A stretch of DNA of 64,000 nt from Candidatus Poribacteria bacterium (GCA_022822785.1 JAJEAL010000134.1:75349-139348), one strand, 5' to 3'. Numbered from the stretch's first letter, positions 1-11,043 are shown. Notes: generated from the sequence alone by a model not told the origin. Program-made: numbers and translations.

Positions 1-1269
1 TTGCGATACTGTATCCAATACCACTCCAACAACAATTAGGACGGAGGCACCACTGATTAGTGCCCCAGTGCCTAGCCATCCTTGCAAAAGCAGCGGAAAG
101 ACCGCAATTGCGGCAAGAAATACCGCACCGGGTAAAGTGATTCTGGTTAAGGTATCGTTGATATAATCTGCGGTCCGCTTACCAGGGCGAATGCCCGGAA
201 TAAAGCCACCATACTTTCTCAAGTCGTCCGCCATTTGCACAGGATTAATTTGAACAGCTGTGTAGAAATATGTAAAACCGATAATTAGCAGGGCGTAAAC
301 CACCCAATATAAGGGACTGCTTGCGCTGAAAACGGCAATGAGGCCTCCAATCCACGCCCATGAGGGAAATTGACTTTGCAAAAGCCCCAGAACTGTTGAA
401 GGGAATTGCATTAGGGTGACGGCGAAGATGATTGGAATCATGCCAGCTGCGTTGACCCGCAGCGGTATATGTGTTGCTTGTCCGCCCATTACCTTGCGTC
501 CTACAACTCGCCGCGCGTATTGGACGGGAATTTTACGGACGCAGAAAGTGATAAACACGGTTCCCATAATCGCCACAACTCCCAAGGCGAGGAAGATGAC
601 TAGTTTCGGCAGGTCAATCTGACGATTAAGGAGTTGGTTGAATATTGTTTGAATTCCGCCTGGCATTCCTGAGAGGATACCAATCGTAATAATTATGGAG
701 ATACCGTTTCCAATCCCTCGTTCTGTGATTTGTTCGCCGAGCCACATGACGAAAGAGGTTCCAGCCATCAGGGTAATCATGGTTAGCAAAGTCCACCAGA
801 TACCTGGATTCGTCACGATTTCGATGTTTTCAGTGCTAATAATAGCGCCGGGTCTTTGCAGCATCACGCTAATCATAACGCCCTGAATTGCACTCAGGAT
901 AACGGTGCCATAGCGTGTATATTGGGTAATTTTTTTTCGACCATCCGGTTCTTTGGAAAGTTTTTCAAGAAACGGGATAACGACGGTAAGGAGCTGCATG
1001 ACAATTGACGCACTGATATATGGTTGGATCCCGAGTGCAAAGATTGTCATCTGGGAGAACGCACCACCTGAAAAGAGGTCTACAAAGTCAAGTACGCTGC
1101 CCCCGGTCCGCCCTCTTAGCCCCTCAAAAAACTTTTCTAATGCGATATCATCGATACCGGGAAGCGTGATATGGGCGCCCAAGCGATAGACAATTAACAG
1201 TAGTCCTGTGAAGATCAGTCGTTGCCGCAGCTCTGGAATTTTGAAAGCGTTTTGAAATGCCTTAATCAC
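1..1269 (-). CDS. secY: Preprotein translocase SecY, partial. N-terminus at 1269 (GTG start, V/MIKAFQNAFKIPELRQRLIFTGLLLIVYRLGAHITLPGID); C-terminus runs off the window start.
   Basis: Manual minus-strand translation downstream of the rplO stop gives the canonical SecY N-terminus. Position after L15 is conserved. The ORF table lacks it because it has no in-window stop. Confidence 0.85.
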   Translation of the reverse strand, partial: MIKAFQNAFKIPELRQRLIFTGLLLIVYRLGAHITLPGIDDIALEKFFEGLRGRTGGSVLDFVDLFSGGAFSQMTIFALGIQPYISASIVMQLLTVVIPFLEKLSKEPDGRKKITQYTRYGTVILSAIQGVMISVMLQRPGAIISTENIEIVTNPGIWWTLLTMITLMAGTSFVMWLGEQITERGIGNGISIIITIGILSGMPGGIQTIFNQLLNRQIDLPKLVIFLALGVVAIMGTVFITFCVRKIPVQYARRVVGRKVMGGQATHIPLRVNAAGMIPIIFAVTLMQFPSTVLGLLQSQFPSWAWIGGLIAVFSASSPLYWVVYALLIIGFTYFYTAVQINPVQMADDLRKYGGFIPGIRPGKRTADYINDTLTRITLPGAVFLAAIAVFPLLLQGWLGTGALISGASVLIVVGVVLDTVSQ

Positions 1270-1716
1270 TTAAATCACCTCAATGCTACCGCCGGTGGAT
1301 TGTATCTTTTCAACAGCAGACTTTGAGAATCGGTGTCCTTTTACTGTTAATTGCTTTTCTAGAGCGCCTTCTCCAAGGATCTTAATTTTTCCGTTTTTCT
1401 TTTTTATAATTCCGGTTTCCCGCAAAAGCTCGGGGGTAATCGTGGTTCCATTATCAAAATAATTTAGTGTCTGGATATTCACGACTTCATACTCGACCCG
1501 TGTATGTGCGGTTCTTCGGGGACCACGCTTCGGTAAGCGTCTGACGAGTGGCATCTGTCCGCCTTCAAACCAAGCGGGGATGGAGGCACCGGATCGGGAT
1601 TTCTGTCCTTTATGACCACGTCCACAAGTTTTACCCCAACCTGAGCTTTCGCCACGCCCCACTCGCTTCCGGGCACGAGTTGCATTTTTTGCGGGCTTGA
1701 GTTCGTTTAATTTCAT
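1270..1716 (-). CDS. rplO: 50S ribosomal protein L15
   Basis: 148 aa, Gly/Arg-rich ([12 protein letters not shown] motif), position between S5 and SecY. Confidence 0.9.
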   Translation of the reverse strand: MKLNELKPAKNATRARKRVGRGESSGWGKTCGRGHKGQKSRSGASIPAWFEGGQMPLVRRLPKRGPRRTAHTRVEYEVVNIQTLNYFDNGTTITPELLRETGIIKKKNGKIKILGEGALEKQLTVKGHRFSKSAVEKIQSTGGSIEVI

Positions 1717-1834
1717 CTAGATTCACTCCATTTTATGGATTGGTAATTACGCTTAGCATTCCTCGCTTTTCTTCGAGGGTGAACTCTCTGAACGAATTAG
1801 GAATGTCCCCAATCAGGATGCTGAGAAGGGGCTG

Positions 1835-2362
1835 TTAATCGAGGAGTTCCTCAACTGTCTTACCCCGCAGCCGCGCTACGTCGTTGATATCCTTTAGGCC
1901 TTTTAGGGCTTGCATGGTAGCTTCTGCGGTATTCTTAACGTTTCGAGAACCAAGCCGTTTGGTCAGTACATCTTGGACGCCAGCAAACTCCAAAATGGCT
2001 CTCGTTCCGGGACCGGCAATAATCCCCGTACCAGGACTAGCGGGTTTGAGTAGCACCTTTGCCCCACCGTGCTTCCCGATAATTTCATGAGGAATGGTAT
2101 TTCCGGATAAAGGCACACGAATCAAGTTCTTCTTCGCATCAGCGATGCTTTTACCGATAGCTGATGGAATTTCATTTGCACTTCCAAAACCGAGTCCGAC
2201 GACCCCCGATTGATCCCCGACGACCGAAAGCGCATTAAAGCTGGGCGTCCGTCCGCCCTTACGAACACGCATCACGCGGTTGATGTCAATTGGACGTTCT
2301 TCAAACTCAAATTCATTCGGGTTTATTCTTTCCCTCAAAAGTGACTCTCCTTTATTATGCAA
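1835..2362 (-). CDS. rpsE: 30S ribosomal protein S5
   Basis: 175 aa, conserved S5 core ([26 protein letters not shown]), operon position. Confidence 0.9.
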   Translation of the reverse strand: MHNKGESLLRERINPNEFEFEERPIDINRVMRVRKGGRTPSFNALSVVGDQSGVVGLGFGSANEIPSAIGKSIADAKKNLIRVPLSGNTIPHEIIGKHGGAKVLLKPASPGTGIIAGPGTRAILEFAGVQDVLTKRLGSRNVKNTAEATMQALKGLKDINDVARLRGKTVEELLD

Positions 2363-2411
2363 GTGTCAGTTCATCTTGTGCACACGTTTATGGCATATTC
2401 TCTAAGAATAC

Positions 2412-2780
2412 TCAGAATCGCAGCCCCTCTTCCCTAGCAGCGTCTGCAAGGGCTTTAATCCTGCCGTGATAGAGATTTCCGCCGCGGTCAAAGACGACGG
2501 ATTCAATCTGACGCTCTTTCGCGCGACGAGCGATTAATGCCCCCACCTCTTTTGCAGCATTAACATTGCTTGGCACTGGCAGGTTGTTTTTCAGTTCTGG
2601 TGATAGGGTCGAGGCTGCAATGAGCGTGTTACCGGTTTCGTCATCAATAATTTGTGCGTAAATATGCTTCAAGCTGCGAAAAACCGCAAGCCTTGGCCTT
2701 TGTCTAGTCCCGATTATTTTTGTTCGCACCCGCTTCTGTCGTCTATGCCGGGCGAGATATTTTTCCTTTGACTGATTCAA
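2412..2780 (-). CDS. rplR: 50S ribosomal protein L18
   Basis: 122 aa, [18 protein letters not shown] motif, operon position. Confidence 0.9.
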   Translation of the reverse strand: MNQSKEKYLARHRRQKRVRTKIIGTRQRPRLAVFRSLKHIYAQIIDDETGNTLIAASTLSPELKNNLPVPSNVNAAKEVGALIARRAKERQIESVVFDRGGNLYHGRIKALADAAREEGLRF

Positions 2781-2877
2781 TGATTATCCCTCCAGTAGTG
2801 AGAAAAAAGGTCGGCAAAACCGGATATAATATTTTTAACTTGCCGACTTGGGAATTCTCTCGGGTTCAATCGCTGCG

Positions 2878-3444
2878 CTACACCCCAGTTTTCCCTTCCT
2901 TCATCCGAACGCGCTCGCCCTCGTAACGGATGCCTTTAGAAGGTTCGTAGACTTCCGGTTTCTTGATTTGGCGGATTGAAGCTGCCACTTGACCGACAAG
3001 AGCCTTATCAATACCACTCACTGTTATTGGTGTGTGCGGCTGCCCTCCTATATTTTCGGAGGCCTCAACACTCAGGGTAATACCGTCAGGGGGCTCATAG
3101 ATTACCGGATGGGAATATCCGACATTTAAGACTAGACGTTTCTGGTTGTCTATTTCCGCACGATATCCGATGCCGACAAGGATGAGTTTTTTCTCAAAAC
3201 CGTCGGTCACACCGGCTACCATATTAGCGATGAGGCTGCGGGTTAGTCCATGCAGCGATTTGTGTGACTTCAGATCGGTCGATCTCTCAACTGTGATTAA
3301 TCCATCTGCCAAGCTAACTGCTATGCCTTCGGGAATTGTCCAATTAAGGCTGCCTTTGGGCCCTTCAACAGTAATATCGTTTTGGCCCAAAGCAATCTTA
3401 ACCTTTGTATCCGTCTGAATTGGCATTTGTCCTATTCGTGACAT
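2878..3444 (-). CDS. rplF: 50S ribosomal protein L6
   Basis: 188 aa, MSRIGQMPIQ N-terminus typical of L6, operon position. Confidence 0.9.
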   Translation of the reverse strand: MSRIGQMPIQTDTKVKIALGQNDITVEGPKGSLNWTIPEGIAVSLADGLITVERSTDLKSHKSLHGLTRSLIANMVAGVTDGFEKKLILVGIGYRAEIDNQKRLVLNVGYSHPVIYEPPDGITLSVEASENIGGQPHTPITVSGIDKALVGQVAASIRQIKKPEVYEPSKGIRYEGERVRMKEGKTGV

Positions 3445-3473
3445 TGTATTCGTCTCCGAACTTAAACTGAAAA

Positions 3474-3872
3474 TTACCAGATATAACAGAGCACCTCACC
3501 CCCAATGCCGGTTTGCCTGCATTGGGAGGCGGTTTTAATACCTTGGGAGGTCGATAATATAGCAATTCCTAAATTTCCGTACACATTGGGCAGCCGATCT
3601 GCTTTCGCGTATACGCGCCGTCCCGGTTTACTAATTCTCTTGAGTCCCGTAATCACCTTTTCTTTTTCTTCGCCATACTTCAAGTAAATGCGCAAGATAC
3701 CTTGTTTGCCGTCATCAATCCAACGATAATTACGAATGTACCCTTCCTCATGCAGCGTACGGGTAATCTCCATTTTGAGTTTTGATGCCGGTATTTCGAC
3801 GCGCTCGTGTCCAGCCATATTTGCGTTGCGAATACGAGTTAGCATATCCGCGACTGGATCCGTCATTGACAT
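3474..3872 (-). CDS. rpsH: 30S ribosomal protein S8
   Basis: 132 aa, [16 protein letters not shown]-terminus typical of S8. Confidence 0.9.
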   Translation of the reverse strand: MSMTDPVADMLTRIRNANMAGHERVEIPASKLKMEITRTLHEEGYIRNYRWIDDGKQGILRIYLKYGEEKEKVITGLKRISKPGRRVYAKADRLPNVYGNLGIAILSTSQGIKTASQCRQTGIGGEVLCYIW

Positions 3873-3906
3873 GGGTTTTCTCCTTTATGTGCCGATAAAT
3901 AAGGGG

Positions 3907-4122
3907 CTACCAACTTGCCTTTGTGACTCCTGGAATTTTACCTTCTCTTGCGAAGAGGCGGAAACAGATTCGGCACAGATCGAACTTTCTCAGATAACCG
4001 CGGGCACGCCCGCAGTGGCGACAACGATTATACTTTCGGACCCGAAACTTCGGGGTTCTTTTCTGTTTGGCAATAAGTGCTTTTGTTGCCAAATGAAGGC
4101 TCCTTTCCTTTACTACTATCAA
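3907..4122 (-). CDS. rpsN: 30S ribosomal protein S14 type Z (zinc-binding, CxxC...CxxC). The true start may be internal to the 71-aa ORF.
   Basis: KQKRTPKF...[22 protein letters not shown]...GVTKASW matches the short Zn-ribbon S14 form. Confidence 0.8.
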   Translation of the reverse strand: MIVVKERSLHLATKALIAKQKRTPKFRVRKYNRCRHCGRARGYLRKFDLCRICFRLFAREGKIPGVTKASW

Positions 4123-4139
4123 AGGGCAGCGTACATGCG

Positions 4140-4682
4140 CTACGATTCTCTAAATGGCATGCCTAGCAGGCGTAACAACTCACGCCCCTCTTCATCGTTT
4201 GGGGCGGTTGTTCCAACTGTGATATTTAATCCACGTACTTCACTTATGGTGTCGTAGTCGATTTCTGGGAAAATGACCTGCTCTTGGAGTCCCAATGAGT
4301 AATTACCCCGTCCATCAAAGGAATCTGGGGAGAGACCCCGAAAATCGCGGATCTGCGGAAGGACGACGTTGACGAGTTTATTGAAAAATTCATACATGCT
4401 ATCTCGTCGTAGGGTCGTTTTACAACCGATGGGCATCCCGGCGCGGACCTTGAAGGCGGATACAGATTTCTTCGCGCGGGTAATCACTGCCCGTTGGCCG
4501 CCTATTTGTGTCAGTTCTTCGACGGCATTATCCAAAAGTCTTGAATCTTCTATTGCAGCACCAACCCCCATATTTAGAGTAATCTTGTCGAGTTTTGGCA
4601 CGCGCATAACATTTGAATAATTGAAGCGTTGTTGCAAGGCGGGGAAAACTTCCTCTTGATAAAAAGATTTAAATACACTCAT
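4140..4682 (-). CDS. rplE: 50S ribosomal protein L5
   Basis: 180 aa, conserved L5 sequence, operon position. Confidence 0.9.
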   Translation of the reverse strand: MSVFKSFYQEEVFPALQQRFNYSNVMRVPKLDKITLNMGVGAAIEDSRLLDNAVEELTQIGGQRAVITRAKKSVSAFKVRAGMPIGCKTTLRRDSMYEFFNKLVNVVLPQIRDFRGLSPDSFDGRGNYSLGLQEQVIFPEIDYDTISEVRGLNITVGTTAPNDEEGRELLRLLGMPFRES

Positions 4683-4734
4683 TGGTTTTTACCTTATGGA
4701 TTGCGGAACTCCGTTGAACCAGGTTTCATGTGAA

Positions 4735-5106
4735 TTAGTCGCGCTCGGCATCACTGCCACATTTTCTGCATACGCGCACACGGTACTTTTTCATCCGTCC
4801 GCTAGTCTCCTTCTCAAGGGTGCGCCGTCTGGTTCGAGCGGGCTGGTTACATTTTGGACAAATCAGCTTTAAGTTAGCAAGGTTGATGGTTCCTTCTCTT
4901 TCGACAACACCACCTTGTGGGGCTTGAGGACTGGGACGGGTGTGCCTTTTAATCATGTGGATGCCTTCAACAGTGGCTCGACGTTTATGGGGAAGCACTT
5001 CTAGAACGACCCCCGTTTTGTCCTTATCCTTGCCGGTCAATACTAACACGTGATCGTTTTTCTTTATATGAAATTTGGTGTGCAACGGGGCTACCTCCTG
5101 GGGCAT
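4735..5106 (-). CDS. rplX: 50S ribosomal protein L24 with a C-terminal Cys4 (CPKC...CRKC) zinc-ribbon-like tail
   Basis: KOW-type N-terminus (HIKKNDHVLVLTGKDKDKTGVV). C-terminus aligns to Bacillus L24 DPKT...VAKKSG, with the four positions replaced by Cys. Confidence 0.85.
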   Translation of the reverse strand: MPQEVAPLHTKFHIKKNDHVLVLTGKDKDKTGVVLEVLPHKRRATVEGIHMIKRHTRPSPQAPQGGVVEREGTINLANLKLICPKCNQPARTRRRTLEKETSGRMKKYRVRVCRKCGSDAERD

Positions 5107-5475
5107 CTAAATGACCTCTGGCGCTAAAGAGACGATTCGTGCAAATGCTTTTTCTCTGAGTTCGCGAGCGACGGGACCAAAAATACGTGTTCCCCGCGGT
5201 TGGTCTTGGGCATCAATGAGCACGGCAGCATTCTTGTCGAATTTGATATAGGAACCGTCGAGTCTTCGGTGTTCCTTAGTCGCGCGGACTACGACTGCTC
5301 GCACGACCTCTCCTTTTGTAACTTGGCTATTTGGATTTGCTTCTTTCACACTTGCCACGATTACATCGCCAACGCGTGCATAACGCCTTTTGCTGCCGCC
5401 GAGCACACGAATACACATAAGCTGCTTTGCTCCTGTGTTATCCGCGCAATTTAACATGGTATACGCTTGAACCAT
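5107..5475 (-). CDS. rplN: 50S ribosomal protein L14. Start moved to the internal Met ([17 protein letters not shown]).
   Basis: Homology to the L14 N-terminus MIQQES..VADNSGA; the ORF-table start at 5517 adds 14 unsupported residues. Confidence 0.9.
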   Translation of the reverse strand: MVQAYTMLNCADNTGAKQLMCIRVLGGSKRRYARVGDVIVASVKEANPNSQVTKGEVVRAVVVRATKEHRRLDGSYIKFDKNAAVLIDAQDQPRGTRIFGPVARELREKAFARIVSLAPEVI

Positions 5476-5513
5476 TGTTATTACCTTCCTTAGTGTAGCT
5501 CCGTTTCCCCACT

Positions 5514-5789
5514 TCACGCATCAATGGATTCTGCCTGGGAAACGACTTGACGAACTTTCCAGCGTTTGCGACGACTGATTGGACGAACTTCAACAATCTG
5601 GACGAGATCGCCAACATGACATATATTCTGCTCGTCATGAGCCAAAATCTTTGTGGTTCTTCTGACAATTTTCTTATATAGGGGATGCTGAAAAGCACGA
5701 ACAATTTCAACAGCAACCGTTTTATCCATCCGATCACTGGTTACAGTACCTGTTCTGAGCTTACGATTCCCGCGGCTATGCTTATCCAC
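5514..5789 (-). CDS. rpsQ: 30S ribosomal protein S17. Start placed at GTG 5787-5789 ([25 protein letters not shown]).
   Basis: Alignment to S17 [20 protein letters not shown]. The longer ORF would overlap rpmC. No ATG between. Confidence 0.85.
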   Translation of the reverse strand: MDKHSRGNRKLRTGTVTSDRMDKTVAVEIVRAFQHPLYKKIVRRTTKILAHDEQNICHVGDLVQIVEVRPISRRKRWKVRQVVSQAESIDA

Positions 5790-5811
5790 GCTTTTCCTCT
5801 CGTAGCTAAAG

Positions 5812-6018
5812 TTATGGTGACTCTTCAATCCCAAGTTCACGTAGACGAAGAATTGTACGGATACGTGCGATATCCTTCTTGACTTTTTTTAATTGGGATG
5901 TATCTTCAAGCTGTCCTAGTATTCTTCGAAACTTAATATTGAACGCAGTGTCTTTAAAATCTCGAAGTTCAGTTTCTAACTCCTCAGATGACTTGCTGCG
6001 CAATTCATTAGCAGTCAT
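5812..6018 (-). CDS. rpmC: 50S ribosomal protein L29
   Basis: 68 aa, helical, [26 protein letters not shown] typical of L29. Confidence 0.85.
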   Translation of the reverse strand: MTANELRSKSSEELETELRDFKDTAFNIKFRRILGQLEDTSQLKKVKKDIARIRTILRLRELGIEESP

Positions 6019-6024
6019 TGCTTG

Positions 6025-6438
6025 TTATTCTCCCGTTCGACTGACAAATTTTGTTTTAATCGGCAATTTGTGGGCGGCTCTGGTCATGGCTTCTTTTGCT
6101 TCTGCGACGGGGACCCCGCTAAGTTCATATAAAATGCGTCCCGGTTTAACGACAGCAACCCAGAACTCCGGGGCACCTTTTCCGCTTCCCATTCGAGTTT
6201 CAGCGGGTTTTTTTGTTACAGGCTTATGGGGAAACATTTTAATCCAAACTTTTCCACCACGGCGCACATGCCGTGTGATTGCAATTCGTGCGGATTCAAT
6301 TTGACGACTCGTAATCCAACCTGGTTCCATTGCTTTCAAACCGTACTCGCCAAAATCAATTTTCGCACCTCGATGGGGTGTACCGCGCCGTTTTCCACGC
6401 TGCACTTTACGATGTAAAACCCGTTTGGGCATTAACAT
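6025..6438 (-). CDS. rplP: 50S ribosomal protein L16
   Basis: 137 aa, [16 protein letters not shown]-terminus typical of L16. Confidence 0.9.
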   Translation of the reverse strand: MLMPKRVLHRKVQRGKRRGTPHRGAKIDFGEYGLKAMEPGWITSRQIESARIAITRHVRRGGKVWIKMFPHKPVTKKPAETRMGSGKGAPEFWVAVVKPGRILYELSGVPVAEAKEAMTRAAHKLPIKTKFVSRTGE

Positions 6439-6477
6439 TTTATGTGCTCCTTCTGATGCATATTCTTGAACAAGATT

Positions 6478-7329
6478 TTACGATTCTGTATTCTCGCGAT
6501 TACTTCTCCGCGGCCCTCGTCGCCGATCCTGATTTCTTCGCCGTCTGGGTCGATTGTCGGGACGCGTTGTTGAGCGTTCGTTTCTAGCAGGCGAAAATCG
6601 TGACTGGCGTCTTTGAGCGGTTTCAGTTGGAACTTGGGTAGCGCGACCGGACGGGGAAGTGACTCCTGGAAGCTCCGGTTTCCCGATAATCTCTCCCTTA
6701 AAAATCCATGTTTTAATACCAATCTTACCGTAAGTTGTATCCGCTTCAGCGAACCCGTAATCGATATTTGCTCTGAGCGTGTGTAGGGGCACTCTGCCTT
6801 CAATATTTGATTCTGAGCGTGCCATTTCGGCGCCGCCGAGCCGACCACCGATACTGATTTTAACGCCTTGGGCACCCGCTTTCATTGAAGCGATAATGCT
6901 TTTCTTCATCGCCTGTCTAAAATTCGATCGACGTACGATTTGGAGCGCGACTGCTTCAGCGACCAGTTGGGCATCTAACTCGGGACGCTTGATTTCAGTG
7001 ACATTAATCCGAACGTTCCTTTCAGTCGTCGAGTTTGAATCTGCTTGCAGGATCTGCTCTAAATCTGCTTGTAGTTTTTCCGCTTCAACACCACGCCGTC
7101 CAATGACGATACCGGGACGAGCTGTGTGTATATGAATATTACACCTATCTCCGACCCGTTCAATTTCGATGCGGGAAATGCCGGCACGCGACAACCTTTC
7201 CTTAATGAAGGACTGGATTTTCAAATCCTCATGGAGCCATTGCGCGTACTCTTTTTCGTTGTACCATTTTGAGTCCCAATTCTCAATAATTCCTAGACGT
7301 AGTCCACGCGGGTGCGTTTTCTGTCCCAC
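6478..7329 (-). CDS. rpsC: 30S ribosomal protein S3 with a long Arg-rich C-terminal tail
   Basis: [15 protein letters not shown]-terminus and KH domain. The last ~70 aa are low-complexity basic. Confidence 0.9.
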   Translation of the reverse strand: MGQKTHPRGLRLGIIENWDSKWYNEKEYAQWLHEDLKIQSFIKERLSRAGISRIEIERVGDRCNIHIHTARPGIVIGRRGVEAEKLQADLEQILQADSNSTTERNVRINVTEIKRPELDAQLVAEAVALQIVRRSNFRQAMKKSIIASMKAGAQGVKISIGGRLGGAEMARSESNIEGRVPLHTLRANIDYGFAEADTTYGKIGIKTWIFKGEIIGKPELPGVTSPSGRATQVPTETAQRRQSRFSPARNERSTTRPDNRPRRRRNQDRRRGPRRSNRENTES

Positions 7330-7424
7330 TAAAACCTCCTCATTAAAATCCAGTAGGGCAAAGGTTGCCGTGCAGAGGAGGTAAAGGAACGTACATCAGT
7401 CTATTCAGAAAGCTGATAGGATTT

Positions 7425-7799
7425 TCAATATCCATCTTCATCTTCCTCCTCGTCTATCACGACGGTAATATGACACCGACGATGTAAGATTCTGTTTGCC
7501 ATACCCCTTGCCCGTGGGCGAAACCATCTTCGGGTGATGCCATCGTTGACAACAATCTGTTTGACAACTAGATTGCTTTCATCAATAGTAGCTCCCTGCT
7601 GTTGTGCGTTATATCGTGCATTGGCTGCAGCCGATTGAATCAGCTTGCGAATTACCGGAGAGGCTGCTTTATGCGTGAATGCTAATTGGTCTATTGCCTC
7701 TTCGACATATTGATCTTTAACTAAATCAGCAACGAGGCGTGCTTTTCGTGGTGCAATCGGCACGTTTCGGATGCTTGCTCGAGCCTCCATGTTAGCCAT
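7425..7799 (-). CDS. rplV: 50S ribosomal protein L22
   Basis: 124 aa, ARLVADLVKDQYVEEAIDQLAF typical of L22. Confidence 0.9.
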   Translation of the reverse strand: MANMEARASIRNVPIAPRKARLVADLVKDQYVEEAIDQLAFTHKAASPVIRKLIQSAAANARYNAQQQGATIDESNLVVKQIVVNDGITRRWFRPRARGMANRILHRRCHITVVIDEEEDEDGY

Positions 7800-7881
7800 C
7801 TCCTAAATTAGCTTGAGCATTTGTAGTAACTTCCGCTCATAATCTTGATGATCGAGTTTACTTTCGCACTGGGGGTTTACT

Positions 7882-8148
7882 TTATCTTTCACCACTGCCA
7901 TGCGCTCTGAATGTTCGCGTGGGCGAAAATTCACCAAGTTTATGGCCGACCATGTTTTCTGTGATATAAACAGGAAAGAATTTTTTACCATTATGAATGG
8001 CAAGTGTATGACCAATCAGGTCCGGTGTCACCATAGATCTGCGTGACCATGTGCGGATCACACGTTTAGTTCCAGCCCGATTCATTGCGTCAATTTTTTT
8101 TAGAAGTTTTGGATCTACGTAAGGTCCTTTTTTTACGGAACGGGGCAT
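7882..8148 (-). CDS. rpsS: 30S ribosomal protein S19. Start at the internal Met ([12 protein letters not shown]).
   Basis: Canonical S19 N-terminus; the ORF-table start adds 10 aa. Confidence 0.9.
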   Translation of the reverse strand: MPRSVKKGPYVDPKLLKKIDAMNRAGTKRVIRTWSRRSMVTPDLIGHTLAIHNGKKFFPVYITENMVGHKLGEFSPTRTFRAHGSGER

Positions 8149-8202
8149 GATATCCCTCCTAAAAATGGAAAAACACACTAACTTTATGCCAATCGAGAGA
8201 AC

Positions 8203-9027
8203 TTACTTCCGCCGACTCACAATATATCGTCCCGATCGCTTTTTAGGGTCTCTTGTTTTATACCCTTTGGTTGGGACGCCCCACGGTGTAACGGGGTGTC
8301 TTCCGCCTGCACTTTTCCCCTCACCACCTCCATGCGGGTGATCATGAGGATTCATTGCTACACCTCGCACTTTGGGACGGTGTCCTTTCCATCGGTTTCG
8401 TCCGGCTTTACCGATAGTTAGGTTTGCATGGTCAACATTGCCCACCTGCCCAATTGTTGCCATACATTGGATTGGAAGTAAACGCACTTCACCGGAGGGC
8501 ATTTGGATCCGTGCCTGCTTTCCTTCACGATCTACTAGTTGCGCTTCAGTGCCCGCACTGCGTACGAGCTGACCGCCTTTACCCGGCTGCATTTCTATAT
8601 TATGTATTGAGGTGCCGAGGGGGATCCGTTCAAGAGGCAAAGCGTTGCCAACTCTGATAGGCGCATCGGGGCCGGCATTTAAGACATCATCAACTTGGAG
8701 TCCGAGCGGTGCAATGATATACCGTTTTTCTCCATCAGCGTAATGGAGTAGGGCAATCCGTGCAGATCTACTGGGATCATACTCGATTGAGGCGACTTTG
8801 GCGGGGATACCGAATTTATCACGCTTGAATTCGATAGCGCGATAACGTCGTTTATGTCCACCACCGCGCCTCCGGACAGTCATTCGCCCGTGCGTGTTAC
8901 GTCCTCCCTTTTTCTTTAGTCCCTTAGTTAATGATTTTTCGGATTTTCGCCGAGTCACATCTTCAAAGGTATCTCCGGTGACAAATCGGCGACTGGGTGT
9001 GACGGGTGAATATGTTTTAACTGCCAC
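8203..9027 (-). CDS. rplB: 50S ribosomal protein L2
   Basis: 274 aa, [14 protein letters not shown] and C-terminal GGGEGK motifs. Confidence 0.9.
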   Translation of the reverse strand: MAVKTYSPVTPSRRFVTGDTFEDVTRRKSEKSLTKGLKKKGGRNTHGRMTVRRRGGGHKRRYRAIEFKRDKFGIPAKVASIEYDPSRSARIALLHYADGEKRYIIAPLGLQVDDVLNAGPDAPIRVGNALPLERIPLGTSIHNIEMQPGKGGQLVRSAGTEAQLVDREGKQARIQMPSGEVRLLPIQCMATIGQVGNVDHANLTIGKAGRNRWKGHRPKVRGVAMNPHDHPHGGGEGKSAGGRHPVTPWGVPTKGYKTRDPKKRSGRYIVSRRK

Positions 9028-9064
9028 GCTAAATCCCTCCTAGTAAGCCTTCAAACGTGCGCTG

Positions 9065-9364
9065 CTATATATTTTCAAAAGCGTCGATGGTTGTTCCTTC
9101 AGTGACGGTAATGATGACCTTTTTCCAGTTTGGTCGCCGTCCTTGTCGATATCGCCAGAATTGCCCCTTGGTCTTGCCACGGACCTGTATCGTATTAATC
9201 TTCAAAATCTTATCCTTGAGATCGAACAGCTCTTCAGCTGCTTTACGGATTTCTGCTTTGCTAGCTTTTACATCAACAACAAAAGAGTACTTGTCCGCCT
9301 CTCTGAGGATGGTGCTTTTTTCTGTTATTAACGGTTCCTTGATAATTCGATATGGATCTTTCAT
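9065..9364 (-). CDS. rplW: 50S ribosomal protein L23
   Basis: 99 aa, position between L2 and L4, L23-like sequence. Confidence 0.85.
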   Translation of the reverse strand: MKDPYRIIKEPLITEKSTILREADKYSFVVDVKASKAEIRKAAEELFDLKDKILKINTIQVRGKTKGQFWRYRQGRRPNWKKVIITVTEGTTIDAFENI

Positions 9365-10027
9365 TTATACTTCCTCGACTGGGACATCATCTGTTAGCTG
9401 AACGAATTTTGCTTCTATCTTCTCTGCTGCGCTTTCGGTAAAGACAATTTTGTCGTGCCACAGCACATCGTAGACATTTAAGGTATCCCAGACACAGCTA
9501 TTTACGTTGGGAATATTCCGTACAGATAGATAGATATTCAATTCGGGCTGACCGAGGACAAAGAGGACTTTATCTGTGAGTCCTAAATTACCTAGAACTC
9601 GAACTATCTCCTTTGTTCTTGGGGAGCCTAACGTGAAATCTTCAATCAGGATGCAACCATCATTTTGAAATTTATCTGCCAAAGCCGAGTGTAATCCAAG
9701 TTGGCGCACCTTTTTCGGTGTCCGTTGGCGATAGCTGCGTGGCTTGGGGCCGAATATAACGCCACCATGTACCCGTATTGGGGATTGATTGTCTCCCGCT
9801 CGGGCGCGCCCTGTTCCTTTCTGACGATATAACTTTCTGCCGCTTCCCCGAACTTCTGAGCGTGTTTTGGTGGATGCTGTTCCTCGACGTTGGTTTGCTA
9901 GGTGTGCAACGACGCATTGATGTATGACGGCTTCATTGACGTCTACTTTTATGAATGCGTCAGAGAGCTCTCTTTGTCTCAGGGTATCTCCAGAACGATT
10001 GTATACATCTAAAGCTGCCATAAGCAA
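9365..10027 (-). CDS. rplD: 50S ribosomal protein L4
   Basis: 220 aa, operon position, GTGRARAGDNQSPIRVHGGVIFGPKPRSY motif. Confidence 0.9.
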   Translation of the reverse strand: MLMAALDVYNRSGDTLRQRELSDAFIKVDVNEAVIHQCVVAHLANQRRGTASTKTRSEVRGSGRKLYRQKGTGRARAGDNQSPIRVHGGVIFGPKPRSYRQRTPKKVRQLGLHSALADKFQNDGCILIEDFTLGSPRTKEIVRVLGNLGLTDKVLFVLGQPELNIYLSVRNIPNVNSCVWDTLNVYDVLWHDKIVFTESAAEKIEAKFVQLTDDVPVEEV

Positions 10028-10048
10028 TAATCCTCAACAGGGGTATAT

Positions 10049-10687
10049 TTACTGTTTACCCTTCACTGCCTTCTTGATGATAAGTAAGCCGTTAGATGGA
10101 CCGGGCACGGCACCTTTAACGACTAATAGATTCCTTTCAGCATCTGCTTGGACGACTTGCAGATGCTGAGTTGTTACCCGCTCTCCGCCATGCCGTCCTG
10201 GCATCTTTTTGCCTTTGAAAACACGCGACGGCCATGCACTATGACCAATCGATCCCGGTCTCCGATGGTTTTTCTCACTACCGTGGGTCTGTTTCATACC
10301 GGAAAACCCCCACCGCTTAATCACACCGGTGAATCCGCGACCTTTCGACGTTCCGGTTACATCCACAAAATCTCCAGGCGAGAAAATACCGACATCAATA
10401 CTTGATCCCACGTCCAAACCTTCGGTGCTGTCAACGCGCATCTCTCGCAGAAATCGACGTGGTTCAACGTTTGCTTTTTGGAAGTGTCCGCTTTCGGGGC
10501 GATTGACTTTGTTTTCACGTCGGTAGCCGAAGCCTAATTGGACAGCATTATAACCCTCACGGTCTTGCGTTTTGACCTGTACTATCGGGCAGGGCCCCGC
10601 TTCGACGACCGTGACTGGAATGGCAGTTCCGGATTCATCAAAGATTTGTGTCATGCCAATTTTCTTACCTAATATTCCACTGCTCAT
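10049..10687 (-). CDS. rplC: 50S ribosomal protein L3. Start at the internal Met (MSSGILGKKIGMTQIF).
   Basis: Canonical L3 N-terminus. Confidence 0.9.
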   Translation of the reverse strand: MSSGILGKKIGMTQIFDESGTAIPVTVVEAGPCPIVQVKTQDREGYNAVQLGFGYRRENKVNRPESGHFQKANVEPRRFLREMRVDSTEGLDVGSSIDVGIFSPGDFVDVTGTSKGRGFTGVIKRWGFSGMKQTHGSEKNHRRPGSIGHSAWPSRVFKGKKMPGRHGGERVTTQHLQVVQADAERNLLVVKGAVPGPSNGLLIIKKAVKGKQ

Positions 10688-10731
10688 ATTACATCTCCGC
10701 AACGAGGGTGCTCAGGTGAAACGATATGTGG

Positions 10732-11043
10732 CTACAGGAGCGTGATTTTGACATCAACGCCAGCTGGTAGATCTAAGCGCATGAGCGCATTAACGGTCTT
10801 GGGTGTCGTTTGCAAAATATCGAGTAACCGTTTGTGAATTCGCATTGCGAACTGTTCGCGGGATTTCTTGTCTTTGAAGGTCGATCGCTGCACAGTATAA
10901 ATGTGCTGTTTAATCGGCAGCGGGATGGGACCTGAGACTAATGCGCCTGTCCGCTTGGCGGTCTCCGCGATTTGACCTGCGGAGTGGTCTAACAAACGAT
11001 AATCAAATGACTTTAGCCGAATCCGTATTTTCTGATTGTCCAT
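10732..11043 (-). CDS. rpsJ: 30S ribosomal protein S10. Start at the internal Met ([14 protein letters not shown]).
   Basis: Canonical S10 N-terminus MQNQRIRIRLKAFD. Confidence 0.9.
   Translation of the reverse strand: MDNQKIRIRLKSFDYRLLDHSAGQIAETAKRTGALVSGPIPLPIKQHIYTVQRSTFKDKKSREQFAMRIHKRLLDILQTTPKTVNALMRLDLPAGVDVKITLL

Noticed and set aside
416-1189. Three plus-strand ORFs (68, 63, 78 aa)
   Set aside because: They lie antisense inside secY, whose minus-strand translation gives a clear SecY N-terminus; no homology support.
6432-6875. 147-aa minus-strand ORF
   Set aside because: Alternative frame overlapping the 3' part of rpsC; the S3 frame is strongly conserved.
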